Of a stretch of 64,000 bases of DNA, positions 1 through 10,830 are shown piece after piece. The first letter of the stretch is position 1; every line of letters begins with the position of its first letter. The DNA lies in the NCBI GenBank assembly GCA_034226945.1, contig CP120459.1, positions 248,001 to 312,000 on the forward strand, given 5' to 3'. A program made the translations under genes and the position numbers. The notes under the pieces were generated by a model that had not been told where the DNA came from, made no database searches, and was given only the letters and a program-made list of their open reading frames with translations. This DNA is from Picochlorum sp. SENEW3. Its lineage: Eukaryota.

Positions 1-1290
1 AATTTCATCACCATTCTGATGGCAGACATATGCGTGCCCTGACTTGATCAGCTGTACAGCCAAGGCATGCAGCTCATGAAAGTAATCTGACGAGTATGTA
101 ATCTTGAATGGCTCCCACCCAAGCCAGTGAATAATATCTTGAATATGATCTATGTATTCTTGTTTTTCAGCCTCCGGATTGGTATCATCGTATCTCAAGT
201 AGCAATTTCCCTCATACTGCTTTGCCATGCCAAAATCAACAAACATGGCCTTGGCATGTCCAATATGGAGATATCCATTTGGCTCTGGAGGAAACCTCGT
301 CATCACCTTACCACCTGTTTCCTTCAAATGCTGCTGAAGTTTGGCATTCGTGTTTGAAATATTCATGGTGGATCCATCAGACATGTATACTGTTGTATGG
401 ACAGTATTGTTCTCCTCTGGCTTTGGGAAGAATGCATACGGATCAGCAGTCTTCCACGACTCATCCACCACATTTTCAACCTTTGGTTTCTTTTCCTTCT
501 TTTCCTTCTTCTTCTTCTCCTTCTTTGGAGGTGGCTTCATATCCTCCTCCGTTTTTGGTCCCAGCAGAGCAACAACCTGCGCATCTAGTTCCTCCCTGAC
601 AAGGGCCACATCCGCCCACTTCAATGCCTTCAACACTTTGCCAAACATGGGATTCGTATTCATATGATATCTCATTTCTTTCAACTTTGCCTCATTTTCG
701 TGAATAACCTCCTTCACTTCTGCCTGTATTTCTTCCTGACTGACCTCCATGCCCACACCAGATGCCTCCTCCAAAGCAGACACATCACCCAAGTCTTCAC
801 CCCCTACCTGCTTCAAAAACTTCATACCACCCTCCAATTGAGCAGAAGTCTTCACTTTATCTTGCATGATCAGAGACAAGAACACCTTTCTATGCTTCAG
901 GGCATTTTGAGGGAAGACAGTTGCCACAGAATACAAGTGGGCTCCTGTAGCTTTATCACACCCAGACTCCAGAGCCCCTGCCTCCTCCACGACTGCCAAC
1001 AGCTCCTGCGTCACTTTTTTGTTCTTCAGCGTATTCCTACAAGAGCAAGACAGATGAAACGCGGTCAGAACACGACTATGCGCAAAGCCCCTGTCTAGGC
1101 AACCACTCCAGCGGCAGCAACCTCCACCACACCGTCAGATACCAGATTGCACACGATGATATGGGTTGTGTCCAAATATAACAGGGTATTGCATATCCAT
1201 GCCCCTACAGGGTCAGTCAACGTACTCGATCGTCTTCGGCGCCATGCCAATTTTGGCAAATGCCTCTGCGATATCTTCATCCGACGCCAT
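1..1290 (-). CDS. QARS: Glutaminyl-tRNA synthetase (3' end runs off window); intron 1037-1225
   Basis: Minus strand reads [22 protein letters not shown] (HIGH motif) and [17 protein letters not shown] at 1290 gives [16 protein letters not shown], and a GTACGT...TAG intron joins it to NTLKNKKVT (eukaryotic GlnRS N-domain). Confidence 0.93.
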
Positions 1291-1500
1291 TGTCAAGTAA
1301 TACTGTGATTTTTTTTATCAACGTAACAGGATTGCAACGCCATCATGCGTGCTGTGAATACAAATTCATCCGCATTCTCTCTTTATTTGAAAACATTTGA
1401 AATGCTCGATCGGAGTTTTGAATCGTTCAAATCCTCACCTGGCAGCAGTTGTCTTTAGATACATTATAAATCCTTCTCAGAATACTTGAGTGAGGCTACT

Positions 1501-2586
1501 ATGAAGATTGTCGTGAAAAATAGGGGAGGAGCGAACGTGCTTCCTGATGGAATTCTTCTCAGTGACTCTGTACGTGACTGTGAGCCACATCGATGCATTT
1601 GCTTGATCATTTTTGGTATAGATATACGCATCTATGCATCCAAATGACATCATTACCAGGCAGAGTTCACGGTGATTGAAATTCTGACTGAATAAGGGAA
1701 ACGTCTGCAGGCAACTGTCAAGGACCTGAAGGAGCAGTTTCATGTGTTGAAGCCAAAAACATATCCTTCGAGGCAACGATGGACCATTCCAGTCAAGACT
1801 GAGGGGTCCACTGGGACACATCAAAAGCCAACTGTGCTCAACAAGGATGATCAGAAGCTGAGCGACTATGGCATTGTGGATGGGTCAACACTCATCTTCA
1901 AAGATCTTGGGCCACAGATTGGTTATTCTACTGTCTTCTTTTGGGAATATTTTGGACCTCTGGTGATATATTTCCTCATGTATCTTTTGCCTACAAAACT
2001 CATCTATCCCTCATATGATGGCCCACAAATGGACAAGTCTCTGACACAAACTCTTGCAATGCTGTATTGGGTCGGTCATTATGCAAAGAGGATTTACGAA
2101 ACCTTCCATATACATAGATTCAGCCATGCCACGATGCCATTGTTCAACCTAGTAAAGAATTGCACATACTATTGGTGCTTTGCTGGATATGTAGGGTACT
2201 TTGTTAACCATCCTCTGTACACAAGTCCACCACTGATGCAGACATATATTGCTCTTGGATGTAGTTTGGTCTGTCAGTTGTGCAATTACAAATGTCACGT
2301 TATTCTGTCCAACCTGAGGCCACCAGGCAGTACAGAGTATGTGATTCCAAAGGGCTTCCTTTTCAACTACATTACCTGTCCAAATTATACCGTAGAAATC
2401 CTTGGATGGGTTGGATTTACTATTGCAACGCAGACATTGACTGCTGGAATATTCACGCTCGTTGGAGCAGGGCAAATGGCACAGTGGGCCTTGGGAAAGC
2501 ATGCACGGTTGAAAAGAACGTTCAATGGCAAAAATGGAATGCCCAAATATCCGCGACGGTGGATCATGATGCCACCAATCTTTTAA
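1501..2586 (+). CDS. TECR: Very-long-chain enoyl-CoA reductase; intron 1570-1710
   Basis: Ubiquitin-like N-terminus, then KDLGPQIGYSTVFFWEY, HRFSHATMP, KNCTYYW and CPNYTVEILGW (steroid 5-alpha-reductase-type domain). Confidence 0.93.
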
Positions 2587-2589
2587 AAT

Positions 2590-2622
2590 TGTAACATAAT
2601 GATGAAAACAGTCGAGTTTACA
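2590..2622. terminator. Opposing UGUAA-type poly(A) signals (representative example)
   Basis: TGTAA at 2590 (TECR) and TTACA at 2618 (AGP-like). The same signal lies downstream of stops at 10283, 12956, 19200, 22132, 25488, 30142, 34189, 35851, 39951, 41067, 41774, 46518, 46550 and 60251. Confidence 0.75.
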
Positions 2623-2669
2623 TGTCCAGTGCATGGTGAAATGTCATGCAAAATGGTATGTGACAAGCA

Positions 2670-3173
2670 TCAAGCCATGACTGCCATGAGCAGAGCAGCC
2701 ATCATCGAGACGATGAGATGCGCCTTCATATCAGTTGCACCGCTTGGTGGTGCTGGTTCAGGGGATGGCATGGGCTCTGGTGATGGCATGGGCTCTGGCG
2801 AAGGGGCAGGTGCTGGAGATGGCATAGGCATAGGCTCTGGGGATGGCGCAGGCATGGGGCTTGGCATGGGGCTTGGCATGGGTGATGGGCTCGGAGATTC
2901 CACTGGAGGCTCTTCTCCTGTAGGTACTTCGGCCTCTGGCTCTGGAGCAAGAGTTGGAACATCAACAGATGGCTCCGGCACACTGGTCACTGGAGCCAAC
3001 CCTGGGATCAATATGGGTGTGTCATAATCACCAGCATAGTCAAAATAGTCCACATCTCCCACAATAACACCCTCCTCGTAATCCGCAAGAGGGACTTCTG
3101 CCTGGGCATGGACCTCAACAGCGGCGAACGCGAGCAGCGACAGCACAGCAGCAAAATGGACAGTGTTCTTCAT
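2670..3173 (-). CDS. Secreted Pro/Ser-rich AGP/HRGP-like protein, probably GPI-anchored
   Basis: Signal peptide MKNTVHFAAVLSLLAFAAVEVHA, SP/MP/AP/EP repeats, and a small-residue SGA site before a hydrophobic C-terminal tail. Confidence 0.75.
   Translation of the reverse strand: MKNTVHFAAVLSLLAFAAVEVHAQAEVPLADYEEGVIVGDVDYFDYAGDYDTPILIPGLAPVTSVPEPSVDVPTLAPEPEAEVPTGEEPPVESPSPSPMPSPMPSPMPAPSPEPMPMPSPAPAPSPEPMPSPEPMPSPEPAPPSGATDMKAHLIVSMMAALLMAVMA
2761..2890. repeat. Coding low-complexity repeat (GGCATG-based 12/18-nt units; SPMP/SPEPMP)
   Basis: Repeated gatggcatgggctct and ggcatggggctt units. Confidence 0.8.
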
Positions 3174-3545
3174 GTCTCAATTCCAGCAATGATTCAACCT
3201 GCAAGAGTCAAGTGAAAGCAAGAAGACTTCTTTAGTATTTTGAATAATCACAGCAACGATATCAATGCACCGTATACCCGTCTACTCCTTGGATCACAAT
3301 GCACGAGGGAACGCGAGTGGATTGTCTGTGTCTGACGTCAGATGGGTACTGTGAATTTCTGTCCGTCAGAAATATGCGCAGGGCGCCCTGACGGATCTCT
3401 TTGCTCTGCAGAGTCAATCGGTCAATGGGATTAGTCAATGGGAAGATGTAAATCCATTTGTGTATGAGCTTCCGTTGGACACCTACCAGAGCATCGTTGT
3501 ATCGTATAGGCAGACAAATTGAATAAAAGTATCTAGGTTGATAGT

Positions 3546-4552
3546 ATGGGTCAATGGTTTAGCAGAGGCGTTGGCAGTGAATCCTTTTTTACCGGTTTAG
3601 ATGGAAAATTGGACAATCTGCAGCAACGACTGGATAGGCTCGAGGTACGCGAGAAAGACTGATTTTATTTGCTATCATTAGGAATATTACAGTCAGATCA
3701 ATCAACATATTGGCGATTCATTGGTTCTTTGAGACGTACTTTTGTCAACTGTCACTGAATATCGGTCGTTGCGTGCTGTAGGCGAAGAAAACTCATCAGA
3801 AACAGGTTTTCTATAGAATAAAAGCTCGATTTTTGGCCATATTTGCATCCATATATGTATGTGTCCTAGCGTATGCGGCATGGGTGGTTCAGCAACCAAA
3901 AGGTACCTTTACAAACTCTCAGCATATCAGTCGCATATCTCCTGTATTCGTCTGTCCAGCGTTGGGGTATTTAATGTACCAAGGAATAGACGTCCTGAGT
4001 AGTTTTTTCATCCGTCGCACGGATGCAGCAATAGCCAAGTGTAGAAAAAAATCTGACAAGATTATTCATGGCCTCAAGGATACCATGAGGTTTGAGCGCA
4101 CCCATGAGTTGCTGTGCAAGTATGATCCCGAGTATCGTAATGCATTCAGCGGAAAGAAGGAATTAGCTTCGTTGTATGCTGGACGAGATGGACTTGGCAG
4201 TGGTGGGAATAAGAAGGAGCCTTCAAGTTTGTCGCGAAAAGCATCTGCTGTTGCTGCAAGCACAGTTGGTGGTGCAGGCATGAGATTATCCGCGGCGCTG
4301 GCACAGTTATGGGGTGCGGCCGCAGACACTCTTTTAGCAGATGATCCTGTACTGATGAATAGTTTGAAGTTGGCGGAGAGTCAAGGGAAGGTATTAGAGG
4401 CTGAGAATGCAGAATTGAAGAAAAAGTTGGAGAGATATGAAGACCAGTTTGGCATCCTGTATGATGTAGAGCCATGCGCCCTTGAAACGGAGAGCTCAGT
4501 TGAAGAGGATGAAGCTGAAGAAGAAGATCAAAATGATGCGAAAGAAGAGTAG
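3546..4552 (+). CDS. LNP: Lunapark-like ER membrane protein lacking the C-terminal zinc finger; intron 3645-3781
   Basis: MGQWFS myristoylation-type start, coiled coil, two hydrophobic segments, then LKDTMRFERTHELLCKYDP and ADTLLADDP, resembling Lunapark motifs. Confidence 0.65.
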
Positions 4553-4677
4553 GGTCACATAGCAGGGGTATAATAACGTGTTTGCAAGGCACATCAGATA
4601 AAAATGAAGTGAATGTCTTCATGACATGAAATATACATCTCGTAACCTTTATCATTTGATAATCAAATAAAAACCTT

Positions 4678-6090
4678 TCACTCAAAGAATGAATGCTTGA
4701 GAATATTACGTAGCGAGAAGGATCCGTCAACCAGCATTTCCAAGATATCCCACAAGGCATTGTCATCTTGTCCCAAAAACTCCACAGATGATGCACACTC
4801 GCTATCCTCCTCTATATACCTTTTATATTCTGCTACATTCCATAAATACACATCCACTAAGAGCCGTTCTATAGACCGAGAAGAGGTCATGTCTGTTGGG
4901 CCTTCAAATGCTGATATAACGCATTCCAATATAATAATCGCCAGCTTGCGCTTGTCAGCTTGCAGTGCCCGCGCAAATGATCCGTTTTGGTCCATAGTAT
5001 TTCCCATTTTCGCGAATCCAAAGCTGTCTAGCTTCACGAGAAGCCTTTTATGGTCTTGATCGTTAAATGTAGATAACAAAAACGTTCCACTTCCCAAAGA
5101 CCCATGGGCAACAGACTTGTCATGGCAGAATGCCACCGCCTCCAACATGCCTTGTATTACTGCTTTTACCATACACTTTCTATTCATATATGCCGTATCA
5201 TTCGCTCCAAATAACCGCCCCAAGCCCATACCACTCGTTTGCTGTGCCCCAGGATACATGGACAAGGGGGCCAATGATTCCCATTTCTGCACAATCCAAA
5301 TCGTGTTTTCTGCATTCATTTCTTCAATATTCCCTCGACCACTGGGACCCGCAATAAAATAACCCAATAGTTCAACGATCGGTGGTTCTTTCACAGGATA
5401 CTGGGACGCAACTTTCCACTTCCGGTCATTTGGGGGCATGCCATTACACAAGTGAGACAGTACATTGAGTTCGTGACATGCAATCTTTTGAGATCCTGGG
5501 AGATATTCCTTCAATAATGTCACAACAGGATCCTCAAAAGGCATTCCGCTGTAATAAGATGCTGTGAATGCAATTACAGCTGTACGAGATGATCGCCCCG
5601 CTGGTCTAAGAACATTCACACCCTCCATCTCCGTCTCTTCTATCGATATTTGACCCAATTCCTGCAGTAGCTCAAAATCAGAAGCATCAAAACCCCCATC
5701 ACCAATACTATTATAGAGCATCTCCCATTGATCGCCATCAGAACTCTCAGAGTCTGACATTGGCTGAAACTCTTCCACAGATTCAAATGATTGATTTGCA
5801 ACAGCATCATCAGATGATGACAAAGACCCTCCCTCCGATCTCAGCCTCTCTGCTTCTACAGACAATCTCTTCGCGAGTTCATCAATATCAATAGAGTCGT
5901 CATCTGAATCCTTTGAGCGGCATGTTTGTCCTGGACGCTTTGTCCCCTTAATTGTTGGAAAACCGGACCAATGCGGCGTTACCTTTGCATCAGGTCCCAT
6001 AAATCTATGTGAAAGATATCTATGAGGATATTGAGCCCACAAGGTACCAGGACCAGCGCAGGATTGTGCCTTGGACAAGAAAACTGACAT
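4678..6090 (-). CDS. Plastid-targeted kinase-like (pseudokinase) protein, similar from memory to Arabidopsis At5g11360
   Basis: 470-aa ORF with transit-peptide-like N-terminus, LLKEYLPG, ACHEL, FCHDKSVAHGSLGSG (no HRD) and KLDSFG. Confidence 0.7.
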   Translation of the reverse strand: MSVFLSKAQSCAGPGTLWAQYPHRYLSHRFMGPDAKVTPHWSGFPTIKGTKRPGQTCRSKDSDDDSIDIDELAKRLSVEAERLRSEGGSLSSSDDAVANQSFESVEEFQPMSDSESSDGDQWEMLYNSIGDGGFDASDFELLQELGQISIEETEMEGVNVLRPAGRSSRTAVIAFTASYYSGMPFEDPVVTLLKEYLPGSQKIACHELNVLSHLCNGMPPNDRKWKVASQYPVKEPPIVELLGYFIAGPSGRGNIEEMNAENTIWIVQKWESLAPLSMYPGAQQTSGMGLGRLFGANDTAYMNRKCMVKAVIQGMLEAVAFCHDKSVAHGSLGSGTFLLSTFNDQDHKRLLVKLDSFGFAKMGNTMDQNGSFARALQADKRKLAIIILECVISAFEGPTDMTSSRSIERLLVDVYLWNVAEYKRYIEEDSECASSVEFLGQDDNALWDILEMLVDGSFSLRNILKHSFFE

Positions 6091-6576
6091 GTCTTCAACA
6101 AGGCAACCGCCGAATCTCTCAGAGAAACGATCAGGAATATACTAGAAATGGTAGATGAATAAATTTTAAATACTGTTCAATGCCGATTCATGCCAATCGT
6201 ATCAGATAGACATCAAAGTTCCCAATTTAAGAATTCAAGCAGACACGCCTCAGCTACATTCTTGCCTGCATGGTGAACTGGGTCTCTCGAAATACATTTA
6301 AAATTATCAGTATTTGCTGCATCTGATCTGCTGATCAACAAGGTATGCGTCGAATCTGAGTTTATGCAATCATACAGACATGAAGAGACAAATGAGATGG
6401 GTATTCCGCGTATTACTGAGGTACTCGCATGGATTCCTTTCTGCAGGGACCAATTATTGATTCATGAGGGGAGAGAGTTGGTAAGCAGAGATCCTGTGTC
6501 ACGAAACCATAGTAAGAGTTGGAGAGGTGATCACCTTCAAATAGGCACATTGACCAGCCACGAGTGTTTCGGTGAT

Positions 6577-9500
6577 ATGATTAAGAATAAATCCTCTGGA
6601 AGCCTCTCTTCGTTGGAAGAGAGGAAGAAGAATCTTGTGGATGCGAAAGAGCTTCAGCATGTGAGACTTATGGTGGAAAAGCCCGTGTATGTTGGAACTC
6701 TGTGTGTTGTCTCCTTGATATTCTTGTTGACAATTATTTGCATTGGTGTGTCGCAGATTTTCTCGACTGGATGTACTTCCATTTGCATTTATTTATGCCG
6801 TGTGGATTAATTTGCACATTTTTGGACTTTTTGATGCCAATCTCCGTCCGCCATTCTGGATTTCCCAATTGTCTGGGCTTGTTCTAGTGTGTATGCATGC
6901 TCTTGTGTATTTGTTTACCATTTGGAGTGTTGATGTGCGATGCATCGTTCGTTACAATAATGTATCGTCGATTGATGATGCAACGCAAGTCAAAGTTGTT
7001 CCTCACAAATTTGTTGGGAGTAAAGAAGTTGTCCCCTTGGAATGCAAGAAAGTGGTATGTGCCTGTTTGTAATTTTGATCAGATGTCCATATTTGCATTC
7101 TCATGTCTCACTCAATGCCTCTATGCGCAGGATAATAAAGCTCAATACAGTTTCAGTTTCAGAAAATTACGGTTTCTGTGGTCGGACGAGTCATGTGTGT
7201 TTAGCAAGTTGAAATACCCGACCAAAAAGACCTTTGCCGAGTACAGGAAAAGCAGCGGGCATTCGTCCGATATGTCAGTCACATTGGCAAAGGAAAAATG
7301 GGGTCCCAATAAGTTTGAGGTTCCGATTCCATCCTTCAAAGAGCTGATGCAGGAGCAACTTTTAGCTCCTTTCTTCTGCTTCCAAGTTTTCTGTGTTGCA
7401 TTGTGGGCCATAGATGAGTATTGGTATTATTCACTCATGACGTTGTTTATGCTGGTTACTTTTGAGTCAACTGTCGTGCACCAACGTCAGCGTAATTTAT
7501 CGCAAGTGAGAGCCTTGCAGCAGCCACCGAGCCCAGTGATGGTCTACAGAGGTGGAAAATGGTCAGAGATTCCTGGGGATCAGCTGGTTCCAGGTGATGT
7601 AGTCTCTGTGGCACGTCCAAAAGATGGTGAAAGTTCGGTGATTCAAGCAGATATGCTGCTGCTAGGCGGTACATGCATCGTTGATGAAGCCGTGTTGACT
7701 GGAGAGTCAACACCACAGTGGAAGAATCCAATTGGAGAGGCAAAAGGGGATGAAATTGATGCCTCTGAAGTTTCTGCCAAAGAGATTCTGTCCATGAAGC
7801 GCCATAAAATTCATGTGGTATTTGGAGGGACGAAATTGATGCAAGCTACGGAGGATAAAGATGCCCATATTAAGACTCCAAATGGGGGATGCTTGGCTGT
7901 GGTGTTGCGAACAGGATTTGGAACTGCGCAGGGGCGGTTGATGAGGACAATTCTATACTCTACAGAGCGCGTTAGTGCTAATAATATGGAAACTTTTATA
8001 TTTATTCTGTTCCTACTCATGTGGGCTATTGCTGCATCTGTGTATGTGTTGAAACATGGGTTGGCTGATCCAGATAGAGATCGATTCAAATTGGTCCTGA
8101 ATTGTATCATGATTCTCACGTCGGTTGTTCCCCCTGAGCTACCGATGGAGCTTACAATTGCTGTGAATGCTTCTTTGGTTGCTTTAGCTCGGAAAAAAGT
8201 GTTTTGCACAGAGCCTTTCAGAATTCCATCAGCTGGGAAAATCACAACATGTTGTTTTGACAAGACTGGGACCCTGACATCAGACCACATGGTCATGGAA
8301 GGAGTTTCGGGAAGTAGCGAGAGCCATCAGGAGATGAAAAGCACCATCGAATCTTTACCAGCCATCGTCCCTTTGATTCTGTCATGCTGTCAAAGTTTGG
8401 TCAAGGTTGATGACGATGTTGTTGGCGATCCTGTTGAAGTGGCTGCCTTGAAGACAACAAAGTGGAAATCAAACGGTGATGTCGTGACTTCTGGAAATGG
8501 AAGACAAGTGGCACATGTTTTGCATCGGTTCCATTTCTCGTCATCTCTGAAAAGAATGTCAACTGTGGTAAAGGTAGAAGAGAAGGACACCCGGAAAACA
8601 AACTATTTTGTCCTCATGAAAGGTGCTCCAGAAACGATTCAACAGCACTTGGAATCTGTACCAGAATACTACGACAGATGCTATAAACGGTATGCCTCTG
8701 AGGGCGCTCGAGTGCTTGCCCTGGCGTATAAACCCATGCCATCAGATTTGACAACATCATCATTGCGCCATGTACCTAGGGACGAAGCAGAGAGCAATCT
8801 CATCTTTGCCGGTTTTGCTATTTTCAGAAGCCCTCTAAAATCTCAATCAGAACCAGCGTTGAGAATGCTCAAGGCATCTCAACACCAGCTGATCATGATC
8901 ACAGGTGATACTCCGCTAACAGCCTGCCACACAGCAGCACAAGTGCATATTGTCTCCAGGCAAGCCATGATCCTTCATGCACATGGTCCTGTCGCACAGT
9001 GGGTATGGAAATCTCCAGATGAATCATTGGAAGAGAAATTTACGGCAGACATCTCTAGTGCCATGATGCTTGCTGAGAATTATGATCTCTGCATCTCTGG
9101 AGATGGTCTGCTCAAGATGGTCAATGAAGGTGAGGACATGCTCAGTCTGTACATCCCTCTGACCCAAGTGTTCGCCCGTGTCACGCCTGATCAAAAGGAA
9201 CTGATTGTCAAGGTCTTACGAGATCAAGATTTGTCTGTTCTGATGTGCGGTGATGGCACAAACGATGTCGGCGCGCTCAAAGGTTCAGATGTAGGGGTAG
9301 CTTTGCTGACTCCAGCAGAAAAGAAGAGAAAGCCCAATGACCCAAAGCCTGTCGGCAAAGGGACCATGATGCTCGAAGATATGAGACGTAGGGGCGTACC
9401 TGTCACCCCATTCCACCAAAGAATGGCCAAAATGATGGATGACATGGCAGCTGATGCACACGAGCCTCCGCTAGTGCAGCCAGGTGATGCCAGCATGGCA

Positions 9501-10274
9501 GCACCATTCACAGCCAAGGAAGCTTCAGTCATGCCTTGTCTCGACATCATTCGACAAGGCCGGTGTACACTCGTCACCACAATGCAGATGTTCAAAATAT
9601 TAGGCCTCTTGTCGCTTTCAACAGCATATTCTCTTTCCGTGTTATACTTGGACGGTATTAAACTAGGAGATATGCAGGCAACGTTGGCTGGAGTGCTCAC
9701 AGCTGGAATGTTCTTTTTCATTTCAAATGGAAAACCACTGGAGAACATCTGTAGAGATCGCCCACATCCAAAGATTTTCTCTCTATATATGTTCACCTCG
9801 TTGATGGGACAATTCTTCATTCATATGACTTTCCTGATGCATATGCAGACCACCGCACATGCAATCATGTCCCCAGAAGACCGCCAGGAACCTGGAGGAG
9901 ATTTCAAACCAAATCTAGTCAACACGGTATGTTTCCTGACAAATTTCGCCATTCAAACCATGACGTTTGCTGTCAATTATGTGGGCAAACCATGGACGAC
10001 CTCGCTGTCAGACAACACCATGTTTGCACTGAGTGTCCGCTGGAGTGTCGCCATGTATGTCATCCTGAGCTTGGACGTATTCGATGGACTCAATGGATGG
10101 TTCTCATTGGTTCCACTGCCAAGGGAATTGAAAATCAAGGCCATCGTCTTGGGTGCTGGAGCAGCGCTTGCTTGTAGATTTATAGAGAATGCAACTCGCA
10201 ATGCATTCCCGTGCCCCATTCCCCCCGAGAAGGGGGGCAAAATCCATAGCAACTATAGAAAATCGAAAGCGTAG
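6577..10274 (+). CDS. ATP13A1: P5A-type ATPase (Spf1/ATP13A1/PDR2); introns 6687-6756 and 7055-7130
   Basis: LTGES, PPELPMEL (P5A signature), CCFDKTGTLT, MITGD and MCGDGTNDVGAL motifs. Confidence 0.96.
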
Positions 10275-10830
10275 ACACCTGGTGTAACAATACTGTTTGT
10301 ACCTGTTGGCTTGCATCCTGACACATGATGCCATTCTCTCTCTAGAGAGAAGAATGCACTGAGATCTTGTGGCAATGAGAGACCAAGCAAGTTTGCCTGC
10401 TTTAAAGTACTTGGCCAAGCCCCATGGGGCCCCCCAAACCAAGGCGCCACCCTGACCCCTGAGTCAAGGAGGCCTTGTCTTATTGATTGTTCCCACACCC
10501 ACACCCCATCTGATACGAAATTTAAGTATGAAATAAATAGTGTCATTTTTGTTCCGATCTGGAGAGACATGGCGCATGTCTGACCTCTTTGAAGCGACGA
10601 ATCGAAAAAACAAGAGGAACGGGAATTGTATCACTGTTGCAGCAGCGTACAGGCATACGTATCGCAGAGAAGAATTTTTTACATCTGAATGATTGTACTG
10701 AAACGTATCTAATCAGAGTAAGGACGCAGGGCAGACATTTTGTTCCATTTGTGCCTCGAGGAGTTCAGAGACCTGATACCTGCACCCTTTCCGAATACTG
10801 GTTGGACGTGGAGAATATTTGAATGGAGAT

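Noticed and set aside
1425..1448. GTTCAAATCC resembling a tRNA T-loop/B-box
   Set aside because: The flanks do not pair into a T-stem, and there is no acceptor stem or D-arm.
6364..7130. Apparent frameshifts or split ORFs (also at 19.5, 32.1, 40.6, 42.2 and 51.4 kb) as pseudogenes
   Set aside because: Each is resolved in frame by a canonical GT-AG intron.
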